Source: a virus
Lineage: Duplodnaviria > Caudoviricetes
Length of the DNA: 64,000 nt
Virus record (IMG/VR): IMGVR_UViG_3300033069_001588
Coordinates: 1-64,000 of that record
Reading direction: 5' to 3' (one strand)
Shown: positions 37,367 to 47,178 of the stretch, piece by piece
Numbering within the stretch: position 1 is the first letter of the stretch
Layout of the letters: each line of letters begins with the position of its first letter
Notes under the pieces: generated by a model
Told to the model about the DNA's origin: nothing
What the model saw: only the letters and a program-made list of their open reading frames with translations
The model's database searches: none
Translations under genes and position numbers: made by a program

Positions 37367-38884
37367 TCATTGTTCACTAGACAATTTACCTTTTCTCCAC
37401 TTTACAGAGCTAGGCAGTTGAACATCAAAGCCATCTTCGGATGAATAGATTTTGTATCTAATCTTAGAATGTTCTTGTAAGAAATGAGCCTGGTCCACGA
37501 AATCTATAATGACAGAAAACTTCTTTCCAGGATACTTTCTAATAACTCTACCTACTCTTTGCAAAGCTTTAACTGTAGATTTTCCACCACAAGCTATTAC
37601 TAAGCCAGATAAGCTAGGTATATCAACACCAATATCAAAAATCTTAGACGCTAAAACACAATCTATCTTGTGCTCCATTAAGTCTTTCTTGACTTTATCT
37701 CTCTCTTCCTGATCATTATTGCCATCAAGAAGAGCACAATTCATATGCTCTTGAAACAACTCATATAAAATCTTACCGTGTTTCAAGCTGTTAAAAAGAA
37801 CTAATGTTTGATATCCTTTTTCAACCATGGTTTTGGCGGCGTCCAGAACCAAACCATTTCTTACTTCATTTTCAACAACATACTTCTTGTAAACAGAAGG
37901 ATAGACTTTATCCAAAAACAATGGATAAGGCGGCACAACTCTAAATCTAATCAAAGGCTGAGCCAAGAATCCTTGCTTAATCAATTGTGAAGCAGAGATA
38001 TTAACAATGTACTTGCCTAATATTGATTCGATCAATAAATCGGCACCGTCATCTCTCCAGGGCGAACCACTTAATCCATAAATGTGCTCTGCTTTAGATG
38101 TTTTGAAAATCTGTTGAATAGTATCGCAAGCCGACATATGGCATTCATCAATGATGTGAACTTTAGTTTCTTTCATCATCTTATTGATTTCAATGTACTT
38201 GCTCTTTACAACTTCTTTCTCATCTCCGTTTTCATCCAGCAGAATATCTTTCTTGTCCAAACCAATGGCTTGACCAACAGACCAAATGCTGGCAATGTTG
38301 ATATCTTTGATAACACATTTGCCATCACCAATAATACCAATCTCTTCGTCAAACACTTCGGAGAAAAATTCGTGAAATTGATAAAGCAAATCTTTACCAA
38401 TTACATAGATTATGGTCTTCTTGCCCAATTTTGCGGCAATAAGAGCGGCGATCAGGCTCTTTCCTCCACCCGTTGCTACCTTAATAATTCCTCGATCATT
38501 GTTGTCAATGACCTTGAGAATTTCCATCTGATAGGGGCGGGGCTCCTTCTCTAATTTCTTCAAATTTTCTAATATGTGTCTCTCGGTGCCAATGGATTTA
38601 GCAGGGCGCTTATCAACTACTTCATAAGTTTTGCCAGCTTCGTCGTAGAACGCTTTGACTCTTTCTAATAGTCCAGATGGAAAAAGCAAAGTGGGAGTCA
38701 GCAGTTTTTTCATGCCGTCCCACTTTACGAAATCGCCACCCTTGTTAAAAAATCCTCTGTAGGCAGCAGTGTGCTCTGCCCCTTGGACCTTGAATGACAA
38801 ATGTTTATCTAATGCAAGAATGTGATTGACATCAGATTCTTCTGTAATTTGCGAATTGTTGCCTTTGATGATTATCTTAGTCAT
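37367..38884 (-). CDS. superfamily 2 helicase (UvsW/Rad25-like)
   Basis: PRPYQ, ATGGGKS, IDECH, GLSGSP.R.D, GVDIP, QRVGRVIR; ATG at 38884 preferred. Confidence 0.9.
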   Translation of the reverse strand: MTKIIIKGNNSQITEESDVNHILALDKHLSFKVQGAEHTAAYRGFFNKGGDFVKWDGMKKLLTPTLLFPSGLLERVKAFYDEAGKTYEVVDKRPAKSIGTERHILENLKKLEKEPRPYQMEILKVIDNNDRGIIKVATGGGKSLIAALIAAKLGKKTIIYVIGKDLLYQFHEFFSEVFDEEIGIIGDGKCVIKDINIASIWSVGQAIGLDKKDILLDENGDEKEVVKSKYIEINKMMKETKVHIIDECHMSACDTIQQIFKTSKAEHIYGLSGSPWRDDGADLLIESILGKYIVNISASQLIKQGFLAQPLIRFRVVPPYPLFLDKVYPSVYKKYVVENEVRNGLVLDAAKTMVEKGYQTLVLFNSLKHGKILYELFQEHMNCALLDGNNDQEERDKVKKDLMEHKIDCVLASKIFDIGVDIPSLSGLVIACGGKSTVKALQRVGRVIRKYPGKKFSVIIDFVDQAHFLQEHSKIRYKIYSSEDGFDVQLPSSVKWRKGKLSSEQ

Positions 38885-38940
38885 ATGGATACTGTAGTTA
38901 ATATATAACCAGTACCCATATTTCAACAAAATATCAATTA

Positions 38941-39156
38941 TTAACTGAGAAGACTTGTAGAAGTTGCGAGTAGTACAGAATTAACTTGCATTTCATCCAT
39001 GTTTTCAACATGTGGTACCACCGTAAAATTCTTTTCTACAACACGTACATGTACATTATTTCCATCTGCCGATTCAGTATGAAAAGAATATAATAACTCT
39101 ATTTCCGCCTCTTTATCAAATTCAGATAATTGGGCAATTAACTCTTTGATCTTCAT
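38941..39156 (-). CDS. hypothetical protein
   Basis: MKIKELIAQLSEFD.. start with GGAG SD. Confidence 0.65.
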   Translation of the reverse strand: MKIKELIAQLSEFDKEAEIELLYSFHTESADGNNVHVRVVEKNFTVVPHVENMDEMQVNSVLLATSTSLLS

Positions 39157-39799
39157 TATTTTCTCCCATATGACGGACCATGTTTGCTCCATCTATAATA
39201 TTTTGTTTAGCAGAATAAGGTCTTAAATTTTCCAATGACCAACACTTCTTGAAATTTTCATCTTCCATAGAAGCATATGGCAAATCTGAACGTGGAATAA
39301 TGTGATCTATATTCCATTTCCACGTAGATGAATCATTGTCTTTCCATATTCTATGATCATAAATTCCTTGATTTTCCCAATTCATCCAAGATTCAAATTG
39401 TTTTTCCAAATGTAACTTCAATTCTTGAATTGTATATGGTAAAAATTTAGATTTCGAATTACCATTTTTAGAAGTATTATATTTTTTAAGAGATTTATTT
39501 ATGACTGATGATATAATGCCATTTAACCTAAATACAGGGTCTAACTTTCTTCTCTCATTAACATAACTTCGTCTATTTTTAGCAACTGATTCTTTATTAT
39601 TTTTCCTATATTTTCTAAGGTATTCTTTTAGAGAATCAGTATGAACCGAATCATACTGATTCTTGTATTTTTTAATGTGATCGGAATTATTTCTTCTCCA
39701 TTGATCTTTATACTGCTTATTGCAAAATCGACACCAAGTTTGATTTTTCCCAAAATCAAACTCATTTTTATCAAGATTACAACGAGAACAGTATTTCAT
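39122..39799 (-). CDS. HNH-family homing endonuclease with N-terminal CxxC motifs
   Basis: CSRC...CRFC; WNIDHIIP...CWSLENLRP....N. Confidence 0.82.
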   Translation of the reverse strand: MKYCSRCNLDKNEFDFGKNQTWCRFCNKQYKDQWRRNNSDHIKKYKNQYDSVHTDSLKEYLRKYRKNNKESVAKNRRSYVNERRKLDPVFRLNGIISSVINKSLKKYNTSKNGNSKSKFLPYTIQELKLHLEKQFESWMNWENQGIYDHRIWKDNDSSTWKWNIDHIIPRSDLPYASMEDENFKKCWSLENLRPYSAKQNIIDGANMVRHMGENNEDQRVNCPII

Positions 39800-41163
39800 T
39801 TGCGACGATCTACAACTCCACCCATAAGCTTACCAAATGCGGAAGACTTGGCAGCGATTTTTTCCTTGATTTTTTGGGCGGCAGACACGGTGTCATTAGT
39901 TCCAGTATCCAACTGTAAAGTTAGGTTTCTGGATTCATCCTTAGTCTTAACCTTGGATTGTAATTCTTTAGTCTCACTCTTAAGTTGCTCAACTCTAACA
40001 GAAGGCAAACCTAATCCGGAGAACATAGAATAAACTTTGACTGTATCTTCTGGAGAATCAATCACATACATACCCTTGAACACACCCTTTGGATTTCCAC
40101 ACAAATCATTGATCATGCTGCTAGCATAGTTAACACTAGATGCTGGAATTTTTGACCAAACATTTTTGTTGGCGGCAATAATGAATCCAACATACTTTGA
40201 TTGCTTAAGATCAAATCCTTCAGCCAAAAGATTTCCAGAAAGGTTGTTGATAACAGCCTCAGCAATAGCGGTATCTTCTTGATAATTCTCTACAGAGAAT
40301 TCTCCATAGACACTTAATCCTTCACCATCAATGAAGAGCTTTGACCATTCCATAGGATCCAATGCTTTGGTTGAAGATGGCATGGAGGAAAGAGTATTGA
40401 ACATATCAATTGGGTCTACGATAGCTTTATTAGCTACACTGTAGAAATCCATTTGACCAACATGATGATAGATAGTTTCTATCTTGGCATTATCTACCAC
40501 AATCAAATTATTCACTTTTTTGGATTGTGCCATCTTAGCCAATTTGGATAAGGTTTCTAAAGCATTGCTTTTGGTTTGAGCATCTTCCGTGTCCATTGGT
40601 AAAACGGTAATAACTACCAATGGTTTGCCTAATTCTGACAATAGCTCAACCAAAGTTTCGCATGAACCTGCGCCAGAGCCTCCACCCAAACTCAAGCATA
40701 ATAGATTGACTTGAGAAGAGCTTAGCTTATCATTGACTAATTGTAAAATCTCACCACGATGAGCTTCGGCGGCGGCTTTTCCAATTTCAATTTCCTTGGC
40801 AGCGCCACCCAAACCATACTCTAACAATAGCTTATTAGAATCTGGAATATCAATAAACTTAAGATCCTGCATAGCGGTGTTTACTACTATTGAATCGTAT
40901 CCAAGTTTGTAAAATGCTTCTGCAATTCTTGAACCAGCCTGACCAGAGCCTAACACTCCTAGTGCTAGACTTCTTTCCTTCTTTGAAACAATCTTAGATG
41001 CCATCTTTGCCTCGGCTTTTGCTTGATTTTCTTGTTGTCTTGCTTGACTTTTTGCTTTAAGTGCGGCTAATTTATCTTGTTGTTCTTTTTCTTCGTTGTT
41101 ATCTGTCATATCATCAATCACTTCTTCTGGTTTGTCTTGTTGTATAGAATGTTTAACTGACAT
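39796..41163 (-). CDS. tubulin/FtsZ-family GTPase (PhuZ/TubZ/CetZ-like)
   Basis: GSGQAGSRIA, VNTA..D, GGAAKE...G, signature LGGGSGAG, LP...E, VDN, LDPME. Confidence 0.9.
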   Translation of the reverse strand: MSVKHSIQQDKPEEVIDDMTDNNEEKEQQDKLAALKAKSQARQQENQAKAEAKMASKIVSKKERSLALGVLGSGQAGSRIAEAFYKLGYDSIVVNTAMQDLKFIDIPDSNKLLLEYGLGGAAKEIEIGKAAAEAHRGEILQLVNDKLSSSQVNLLCLSLGGGSGAGSCETLVELLSELGKPLVVITVLPMDTEDAQTKSNALETLSKLAKMAQSKKVNNLIVVDNAKIETIYHHVGQMDFYSVANKAIVDPIDMFNTLSSMPSSTKALDPMEWSKLFIDGEGLSVYGEFSVENYQEDTAIAEAVINNLSGNLLAEGFDLKQSKYVGFIIAANKNVWSKIPASSVNYASSMINDLCGNPKGVFKGMYVIDSPEDTVKVYSMFSGLGLPSVRVEQLKSETKELQSKVKTKDESRNLTLQLDTGTNDTVSAAQKIKEKIAAKSSAFGKLMGGVVDRRK

Positions 41164-41164
41164 T

Positions 41165-41422
41165 TCAATTCATCTCTTTCAAAAGGTCTGCCGTTTCCCT
41201 CTCCAAAAATCCCACGATTTCCAGAATTAACTCTTGCGGATCTTTTACCAGGTCTGCCTCATCTAATAGGAAATTTTTGAACTCATAACCTGTGTTAATT
41301 GTGAGTACCAAAGTGCCATTTTCCAACGTTAAAGCATGCTTACCTTTACCGAAAGGACCATTCTTGATTTCTATACTATTATGCGCTATTTGTAATAGTT
41401 CAATTGCAGATTTTAAGGACAT
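41165..41422 (-). CDS. hypothetical protein
   Basis: 85-aa ORF. Confidence 0.65.
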   Translation of the reverse strand: MSLKSAIELLQIAHNSIEIKNGPFGKGKHALTLENGTLVLTINTGYEFKNFLLDEADLVKDPQELILEIVGFLERETADLLKEMN

Positions 41423-41739
41423 ATTTCACTCTTAATTAAAGAATTGCATTTCGTTGTTTCTATATATCGATCAAGTTGTTGAACTAATAAATCAATAAAA
41501 GGAACCACGATAGATCCTTCCAAATATGGTTGATCTTTGTAATTAAATTCACAAGAATCTTCCGACATTGGTTTTGATACTGTTATGTTAGTATCTTTAG
41601 CGATTAGCTTAAATATTCTTATAGTTTCTTCCTTTTTATTCTCATCATTACCGATAGCTGCGGCTAGATTTTGCCAACCTTCAACTGATGATAAGGCGCG
41701 CCTTATCATATTAATTTTTGATTCATCATCTATTATCAT
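41413..41739 (-). CDS. hypothetical protein
   Basis: ORF in run; ATG at 41739 with GGAG SD. Confidence 0.65.
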   Translation of the reverse strand: MIIDDESKINMIRRALSSVEGWQNLAAAIGNDENKKEETIRIFKLIAKDTNITVSKPMSEDSCEFNYKDQPYLEGSIVVPFIDLLVQQLDRYIETTKCNSLIKSEICP

Positions 41740-41741
41740 AA

Positions 41742-42431
41742 TTATCTCCAAGTCTTACCAGAAACTATATTTCCTATTGTTGTTGCAGTAACATTATATT
41801 TCTTACTAAGATCCACTTTTGTATAATTACCAGTTTTCCACTCTTCTCTAATTTTCAAAACTATCTCTAGATTAAGTTTAGCATGAGGGTTATTTTCCCC
41901 GGCAACCCTATTTTTTGAAGATTTCCCTATCTTTTTCTTAGTTTCATCAGAATGTATTCTACCATAGAACGGGTTTCCAGATCCAGAAAATTTCTTGCTT
42001 AACTTATTTTTTGTATCTTGTGCATGTGTTTTGCCATACATTGGATTTTTCTCACTGCCTACTCGCAGGGACATTCTTTCTTTATCTTCACTGGATAAAA
42101 TTACGGTATGTGTAGATCCACTTTTTTCGTTATATCCATATGTATCATCACATGAATTATAAAAATTGATCCAATACAATTCTTTTTCACATGATTCATA
42201 ATAATTATCAACTTTTTCGAAAACTTCAAAAGTAAAATTATTATGTCCTAATTCATTTATTGCTTTATGAATTTTTTGGACTTTTGATGATATTGGGTTA
42301 ATACCAAAGGATAAATGTTGTCTTTTTCTATAAGAAGGTACTTTTGTTCTGCCAATATAAATCTTATTATTTACAGTATTAGTTATTTTGTATATGTAAA
42401 AGGTCTCTTCAAAAGGACAAATATAATTCAT
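41742..42431 (-). CDS. GIY-YIG homing endonuclease with NUMOD3 motifs
   Basis: YIYKITN..N.KIYIG.T, GYN, NPMYGKTH, NPFYGRIHS.ETKKKI; ATGA-coupled start. Confidence 0.88.
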   Translation of the reverse strand: MNYICPFEETFYIYKITNTVNNKIYIGRTKVPSYRKRQHLSFGINPISSKVQKIHKAINELGHNNFTFEVFEKVDNYYESCEKELYWINFYNSCDDTYGYNEKSGSTHTVILSSEDKERMSLRVGSEKNPMYGKTHAQDTKNKLSKKFSGSGNPFYGRIHSDETKKKIGKSSKNRVAGENNPHAKLNLEIVLKIREEWKTGNYTKVDLSKKYNVTATTIGNIVSGKTWR

Positions 42432-43387
42432 TTCAAAAACCACTGATTGTTCAAATACCATTGAACCGTATCTTGTATACCATCTTTGAACTTGTAAGAT
42501 GGTATCCAGCCCAATTCTCTAATTTTCTGAGAATTAACACCATGTCTGAAATCATGTCCAGATCTAGGATCGGTTATATGATTTATCAAATTATGCCCAT
42601 ATCCCACAGCATTACAAACTTTTTGAACCACCTCTATATTCGTTAATTCCTGACCGGCTGAAATGTTATAGATTTGATTAGGCTCACCTTTATTCAAGAC
42701 TGTCAGAATTGCCGAACAATTGTCAAATACATGAGTCCAATCTCTTATCTGCAATCCCCGACCATAGATAGGGATCTTATTCTCATGCAGAATACCCTTA
42801 ATCGCCTTGGGAATCAACTTTTCCGGCGTCTGGCGTGGACCATAGTTATTGGAGCTTCTGGTAATGTTATAAATTAGACCATGAGATTGGTGGGCTGCTT
42901 TAACCAACATCTCTCCAGCAGCTTTAGTGACAGCATAGGGGCTTCTTGGATTTAAGGACGAATCTTCGGTCCAGAGAGGATCATGTTCACTCTTTAACTG
43001 TCCATAAACACTATCTGTGGAAACATAAATTAATCTTTCTACTTTGTGTTTTAGACAAGCATTGATAATAACCTGCGTCCCCAAAACATTAGAAGTGACG
43101 AAAGAATTAGGGTCACTTAAAGATGAATCTATAAAAGTTTCAGCCGCCCCATGAATCACAATATCAGGCTTCTCGAATTGAAAAATGACATCTATGATAT
43201 GTTGGTCTCTTATATCAGCTACATGAAAAGTATGATTCTTATTCCAATACATAGAGTTAATGGCATTAGCACTTACTCTATCTAAACTAACAAATTGATA
43301 TGGATGTTTTTCATAAATGGCTTTTCTAACGAAATTGCCAAAGATGAAACCACAAGAACCAGTTATTAAAACTTTTTTCTTACTCAT
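42428..43387 (-). CDS. rfbB: dTDP-glucose 4,6-dehydratase-like extended SDR
   Basis: ITGSCGFI, H.AAE, TSNVLGT, STDSVYG, PRSPYAVTKA, SNNYGP.Q.PEKLIP, IRDW, R.GHD.R. Confidence 0.85.
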   Translation of the reverse strand: MSKKKVLITGSCGFIFGNFVRKAIYEKHPYQFVSLDRVSANAINSMYWNKNHTFHVADIRDQHIIDVIFQFEKPDIVIHGAAETFIDSSLSDPNSFVTSNVLGTQVIINACLKHKVERLIYVSTDSVYGQLKSEHDPLWTEDSSLNPRSPYAVTKAAGEMLVKAAHQSHGLIYNITRSSNNYGPRQTPEKLIPKAIKGILHENKIPIYGRGLQIRDWTHVFDNCSAILTVLNKGEPNQIYNISAGQELTNIEVVQKVCNAVGYGHNLINHITDPRSGHDFRHGVNSQKIRELGWIPSYKFKDGIQDTVQWYLNNQWFLK

Positions 43388-43581
43388 ATTGCCTTTTCAA
43401 ATCTGGGAACCCAAACACCATCAACCTCTACTTGTTCTAAAAACATTGACAAAGGTCGAGCCCAATATTGATCTTTGAGATCCCTATAAACAACCATTTC
43501 TTCCAAAGTTTCAGTATGTTTAGCAGTTGCGGTTACTTCGTATAGTTTGCCTTTGTAATGCCTGTAAATTCCAAGTTCCAT
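43384..43581 (-). CDS. DUF1653-like protein
   Basis: G.YRHYKG..Y.V...A.HTET.E.MVVY....W.RP..MF. Confidence 0.85.
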   Translation of the reverse strand: MELGIYRHYKGKLYEVTATAKHTETLEEMVVYRDLKDQYWARPLSMFLEQVEVDGVWVPRFEKAI

Positions 43582-43586
43582 GTTTG

Positions 43587-44552
43587 TTATAGTCCTACTC
43601 TTAATCCCGCCATGACTGAAAAACTACCATCTGTACTAACAGATACAGAAGGCGCAATGTAAGTATTATTCATCAGCGGAATATGTTTACCAATATTATA
43701 AGCTCCAGGCGTTAGAATGAATTGTGGTCTTTGTGATACTACTCCTACGCCCACACCTACCTGTAATACAGAGAAATCTGGTGAAGTTTTGTATTGACCA
43801 TAAGACATAATACCTAAGTTAAGGCTAGGAGTAAATTCTCCCTTCACCTTGCTAACATTAACTCCACCGTCGGCGGCAATAAACAATCTAGGATTCCACC
43901 AACTCCACTTAGCAGTTGGATACTCTTGTTTGGTTTCTGCCTTAGCTATCTTAACCTCATAATCTTTGTTGTCAACAGTCACCACAAATTTATTATAAAC
44001 GTATGTTCTTTGATTATCATCCGTCCCAATAACATTTGTTACTTTATATGCTCTTGGGGAGACGTTAATATTCCATGGATTTTGTTGCCACGCAGAAAAA
44101 CCAACCTGACCAATTGGTACTGGTGTGCCCGAAAAGTCTTCGTGGAGATTCAATAATTGGGCGTTTTTTAGATAACCATAAGTATCTATAGTGGTAGGAG
44201 TAGGATTAACTGCGCCAGTTGAACTACTAGGCAAATTACCTACTACTTGCCCAGAACTCATCACTACTACCGTATTGGCTGCACTAATAGAGGCATGTAA
44301 TTTACTCAAATCATCTTGAATAGCTTTTAGATTTATACCATTGTCTTTGACAAATTTTTCAATATCATTTTTGGTGGCATAACCACTTTGTGAGCGCATG
44401 ATATTGTTAGCCAATTCTTTTTGCTGAACAATTTGTGTTTCAATGGCTTGCTGACGAGTTGAGATTTCATTTTGTTTATAAATGATGAATCCTAGTCCAA
44501 GAATGACTAGGATTGCTCCGAGGGCAATTAATATTTTAGTTGATAGCGACAT
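43587..44552 (-). CDS. N-terminally membrane-anchored protein with coiled coil and amphipathic beta-rich C-terminus
   Basis: TM ILIALGAILVILGLGFII; Gln-rich coil; C-terminal alternating strands ending FSVMAGLRVGL. Confidence 0.7.
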   Translation of the reverse strand: MSLSTKILIALGAILVILGLGFIIYKQNEISTRQQAIETQIVQQKELANNIMRSQSGYATKNDIEKFVKDNGINLKAIQDDLSKLHASISAANTVVVMSSGQVVGNLPSSSTGAVNPTPTTIDTYGYLKNAQLLNLHEDFSGTPVPIGQVGFSAWQQNPWNINVSPRAYKVTNVIGTDDNQRTYVYNKFVVTVDNKDYEVKIAKAETKQEYPTAKWSWWNPRLFIAADGGVNVSKVKGEFTPSLNLGIMSYGQYKTSPDFSVLQVGVGVGVVSQRPQFILTPGAYNIGKHIPLMNNTYIAPSVSVSTDGSFSVMAGLRVGL

Positions 44553-44602
44553 ATTTCATCTCTTTATGAAAGTTCGCTACCTCTATATCTTGTAGATAAA
44601 GA

Positions 44603-45466
44603 TTATTTTTGGATTGTAGGACACCAGTGAATAGTTCTTCCTTCTGGTGTTGACTCAGATTTTATGGGGTTGCCTAATGAATCTGTAGTCTTACCGTAAA
44701 CCTTAAAACAGGAAGAATATTTGCCCTCATTACCGTATGCATCTTTGTAAGTAAGAAGTGTGGCACCCTGATGCTCATACGACTCTTTCATAACTTTTAT
44801 GATTGATTCACATAGAGTATCAACTTCTATATTTGACATGTTTTTGCATAACTTCCAAGGAGAAATCTTGGCATCATATAAAGCTTCTGCCCTAATGTAA
44901 TTACCAACTCCCGCAAAGACAGATTGATCCAATAGAACTTGTCCAATTGGCTTCTTTGATTTTTTCAATTCGGCTTTTATCCAATCTGACCACTTATCTA
45001 ATGGGGTTTGTAATGGATCCCAACCAAATTCTCCAAGCTTTTCTTTGAGTTCTTTCTCAGATGAAACGAATTTAATGGAGCCAAAGTGTCTAGGATCATT
45101 GAAATAAACATCACTAAACTTACCCGCATCATCATATAGTTTCATGGTCATACAGATATGTTTACCAGGATTTGGAGACCATTGACCTGTCATACCAAAA
45201 GTACAAAACATATACCAGCCATTATCAAATTGCCAGTACATGAATTTGCCTTTAGATTTCACATCAACAATCTTCAAAGGCGAAACGACATATCCAATAT
45301 CTTCTAACTTCCTAAAAGAATCCAGAAATTCTTTATAACCTTCTGCCTCTGGTTTATTGTATCCATATCTACTATCATCATCAAAACGAACTTTACTTAC
45401 GTATTTGTTTTGAACTAATGGTTTTATTAGCTCGCTGCTAATCTTTACCTCGACCCCCTCTGGCAT
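44603..45466 (-). CDS. Fpg/Nei-family DNA glycosylase/AP lyase
   Basis: N-terminal PEG, KGK, FGMTG, DPRHFG, H2TH LLDQ..FAGVGNYIRAE.L, GRT.HWCP..Q. Confidence 0.92.
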   Translation of the reverse strand: MPEGVEVKISSELIKPLVQNKYVSKVRFDDDSRYGYNKPEAEGYKEFLDSFRKLEDIGYVVSPLKIVDVKSKGKFMYWQFDNGWYMFCTFGMTGQWSPNPGKHICMTMKLYDDAGKFSDVYFNDPRHFGSIKFVSSEKELKEKLGEFGWDPLQTPLDKWSDWIKAELKKSKKPIGQVLLDQSVFAGVGNYIRAEALYDAKISPWKLCKNMSNIEVDTLCESIIKVMKESYEHQGATLLTYKDAYGNEGKYSSCFKVYGKTTDSLGNPIKSESTPEGRTIHWCPTIQK

Positions 45467-45481
45467 AATATAATCTCCAAT

Positions 45482-45820
45482 TTAGAAAAATAATTTCAAA
45501 TCATGAATACGAATCAGAAAACTGTCCAGCTTCTTCCGAACACTTTCTATATGAGTCATTCCAGATAAATCCGGAGATCCGCATTTGTTCAATACGTTAC
45601 ACTTACCAGCAAATCTAATTTTGTAATTGTATTCGTATGTAGAATCATCTAAACGTTTAACGCTTCTTTTCAGTTCCAAAAAATTATTGTAATCAACATT
45701 CTCGCACGAATCAGAAGCCAATAAAGGTTTTATCCACATATCTTCTCTCATAGAGGTGGAATACAATTTCCATTTACCAAACTGGAAACTGCCAACTTTT
45801 ATAGTTTGCTGCTCTTCCAT
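45482..45820 (-). CDS. hypothetical protein with LKAFW-type tag
   Basis: Ends FLIRIHDLKLFF. Confidence 0.7.
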   Translation of the reverse strand: MEEQQTIKVGSFQFGKWKLYSTSMREDMWIKPLLASDSCENVDYNNFLELKRSVKRLDDSTYEYNYKIRFAGKCNVLNKCGSPDLSGMTHIESVRKKLDSFLIRIHDLKLFF

Positions 45821-45822
45821 TA

Positions 45823-46038
45823 TTAACCTATGATGACAGATTTATTACCTTTTGAAATTCCTCTACTATTGATAACTGCAATACCTATTGTTTCTCTGAC
45901 TGTAAATCCTATTTTGCCAGTATTTTTTTTGACGCGGAATTTACCATCAGATGTAATCACAAGGCGACGATGTGCTGCCAAATGAACCATACCAGGATCA
46001 GCGTGCAAAACAATTAATTCTTGTCTAATAGGTTCCAT
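45823..46038 (-). CDS. hypothetical basic protein
   Basis: 71-aa ORF filling gap. Confidence 0.6.
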   Translation of the reverse strand: MEPIRQELIVLHADPGMVHLAAHRRLVITSDGKFRVKKNTGKIGFTVRETIGIAVINSRGISKGNKSVIIG

Positions 46039-46041
46039 AAT

Positions 46042-47178
46042 TCATTCACACAAAGAAACAATTCTCTCAGTTACATTTCTCCAAGTATACTGAGGCAAGA
46101 TTTCTTGCATCTTGGGAGAGAATTTAGCTAGATAATCATCGTAGTTAGCAATAACATCTTTCAATTTAGTTGCGCATTCATCAACATCTGGGGCAAATAC
46201 TTTTGCATAAGCAGATGGCTCCCAATATTGCATTTTGATGTCAGCACGAATCTCTTTTCCACCAATTAAAATGGAATTATCATCATTCATGTAATCCAGC
46301 TGTCCACCATAACGAGGTGCAACTACAATCTTGTTGGCGGCAAATCCCTCCAACCCAGGCATCCAAAAACACTCACTATTAGCCATGGTGATTACCATAT
46401 CACAAGCATTGTAAAGACATTCAATATCTACAATGAATTTATCGAGAATCTCTATGTCTCCATGGTTCTTGAATTTGGTTTTGAATTCTTTGTAAATCTC
46501 ATCAAAATTAACTTCGAAAGAAGTTTTACTATTACGTTTTGAAATCTTCAAAACCAAACATACATCGTCATTTTTAGTGAACGCTTTGCCATAAGTTTTC
46601 AGCAAATTAGGAATGTTTTTTCTCAAATGCGGCTGGGCAATGTTGGCAAGTATCTTATACTTCTTTTTGGTTTTAAGAGGATATTTGGATAGGTTTTGAA
46701 ATCTATCTAAATGAATACCATGTGGTATCATCACTTGATTCTCGGCAGGAATACCATTGTCCACGAATATCTTCTTCGAAAAAGAAGAAGAGGGTAATAC
46801 TTTATCTACAGCTTTATAACATTTTGCAAAAGCTGTTGGTAATACCGTGGTTTCGTAGTTCCAAATACCAAATCTATTTTTGTTTCCTCTAACGAAATAG
46901 TGAGGAAAATTCTTCAAAGCAGTGTATGATAGTTGCATATCATACTTAGTGTCTAATTTGCCGCCGATTATAGATTGATAATTGTTTGCCGTAATTTGTG
47001 TAGATTCTTCTATAAAGCCTTTGAGATATGGTTTTAGATCTTCTGGAAAATGTTCTAAACCATTAGTAGAAAACAAATCTACTTCATGTCCCAATCTAAT
47101 CAATTCTCTAGAGATATTTTGGGCAACGATGCTCCACGACATGTTGCGGGAAAGAAATCCAAACCAGCAAATTTTCAT
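46042..47178 (-). CDS. glycosyltransferase (GT4-like)
   Basis: LGHEV, PS.F, IPHGI, RKN, SECFWMPGLE, YGGQLDY. Confidence 0.87.
   Translation of the reverse strand: MKICWFGFLSRNMSWSIVAQNISRELIRLGHEVDLFSTNGLEHFPEDLKPYLKGFIEESTQITANNYQSIIGGKLDTKYDMQLSYTALKNFPHYFVRGNKNRFGIWNYETTVLPTAFAKCYKAVDKVLPSSSFSKKIFVDNGIPAENQVMIPHGIHLDRFQNLSKYPLKTKKKYKILANIAQPHLRKNIPNLLKTYGKAFTKNDDVCLVLKISKRNSKTSFEVNFDEIYKEFKTKFKNHGDIEILDKFIVDIECLYNACDMVITMANSECFWMPGLEGFAANKIVVAPRYGGQLDYMNDDNSILIGGKEIRADIKMQYWEPSAYAKVFAPDVDECATKLKDVIANYDDYLAKFSPKMQEILPQYTWRNVTERIVSLCE

Noticed and set aside
39796-41163. Claim that this is a nucleus-forming phage
   Set aside because: Tubulin alone is insufficient; no chimallin or multisubunit phage RNA polymerase recognised here
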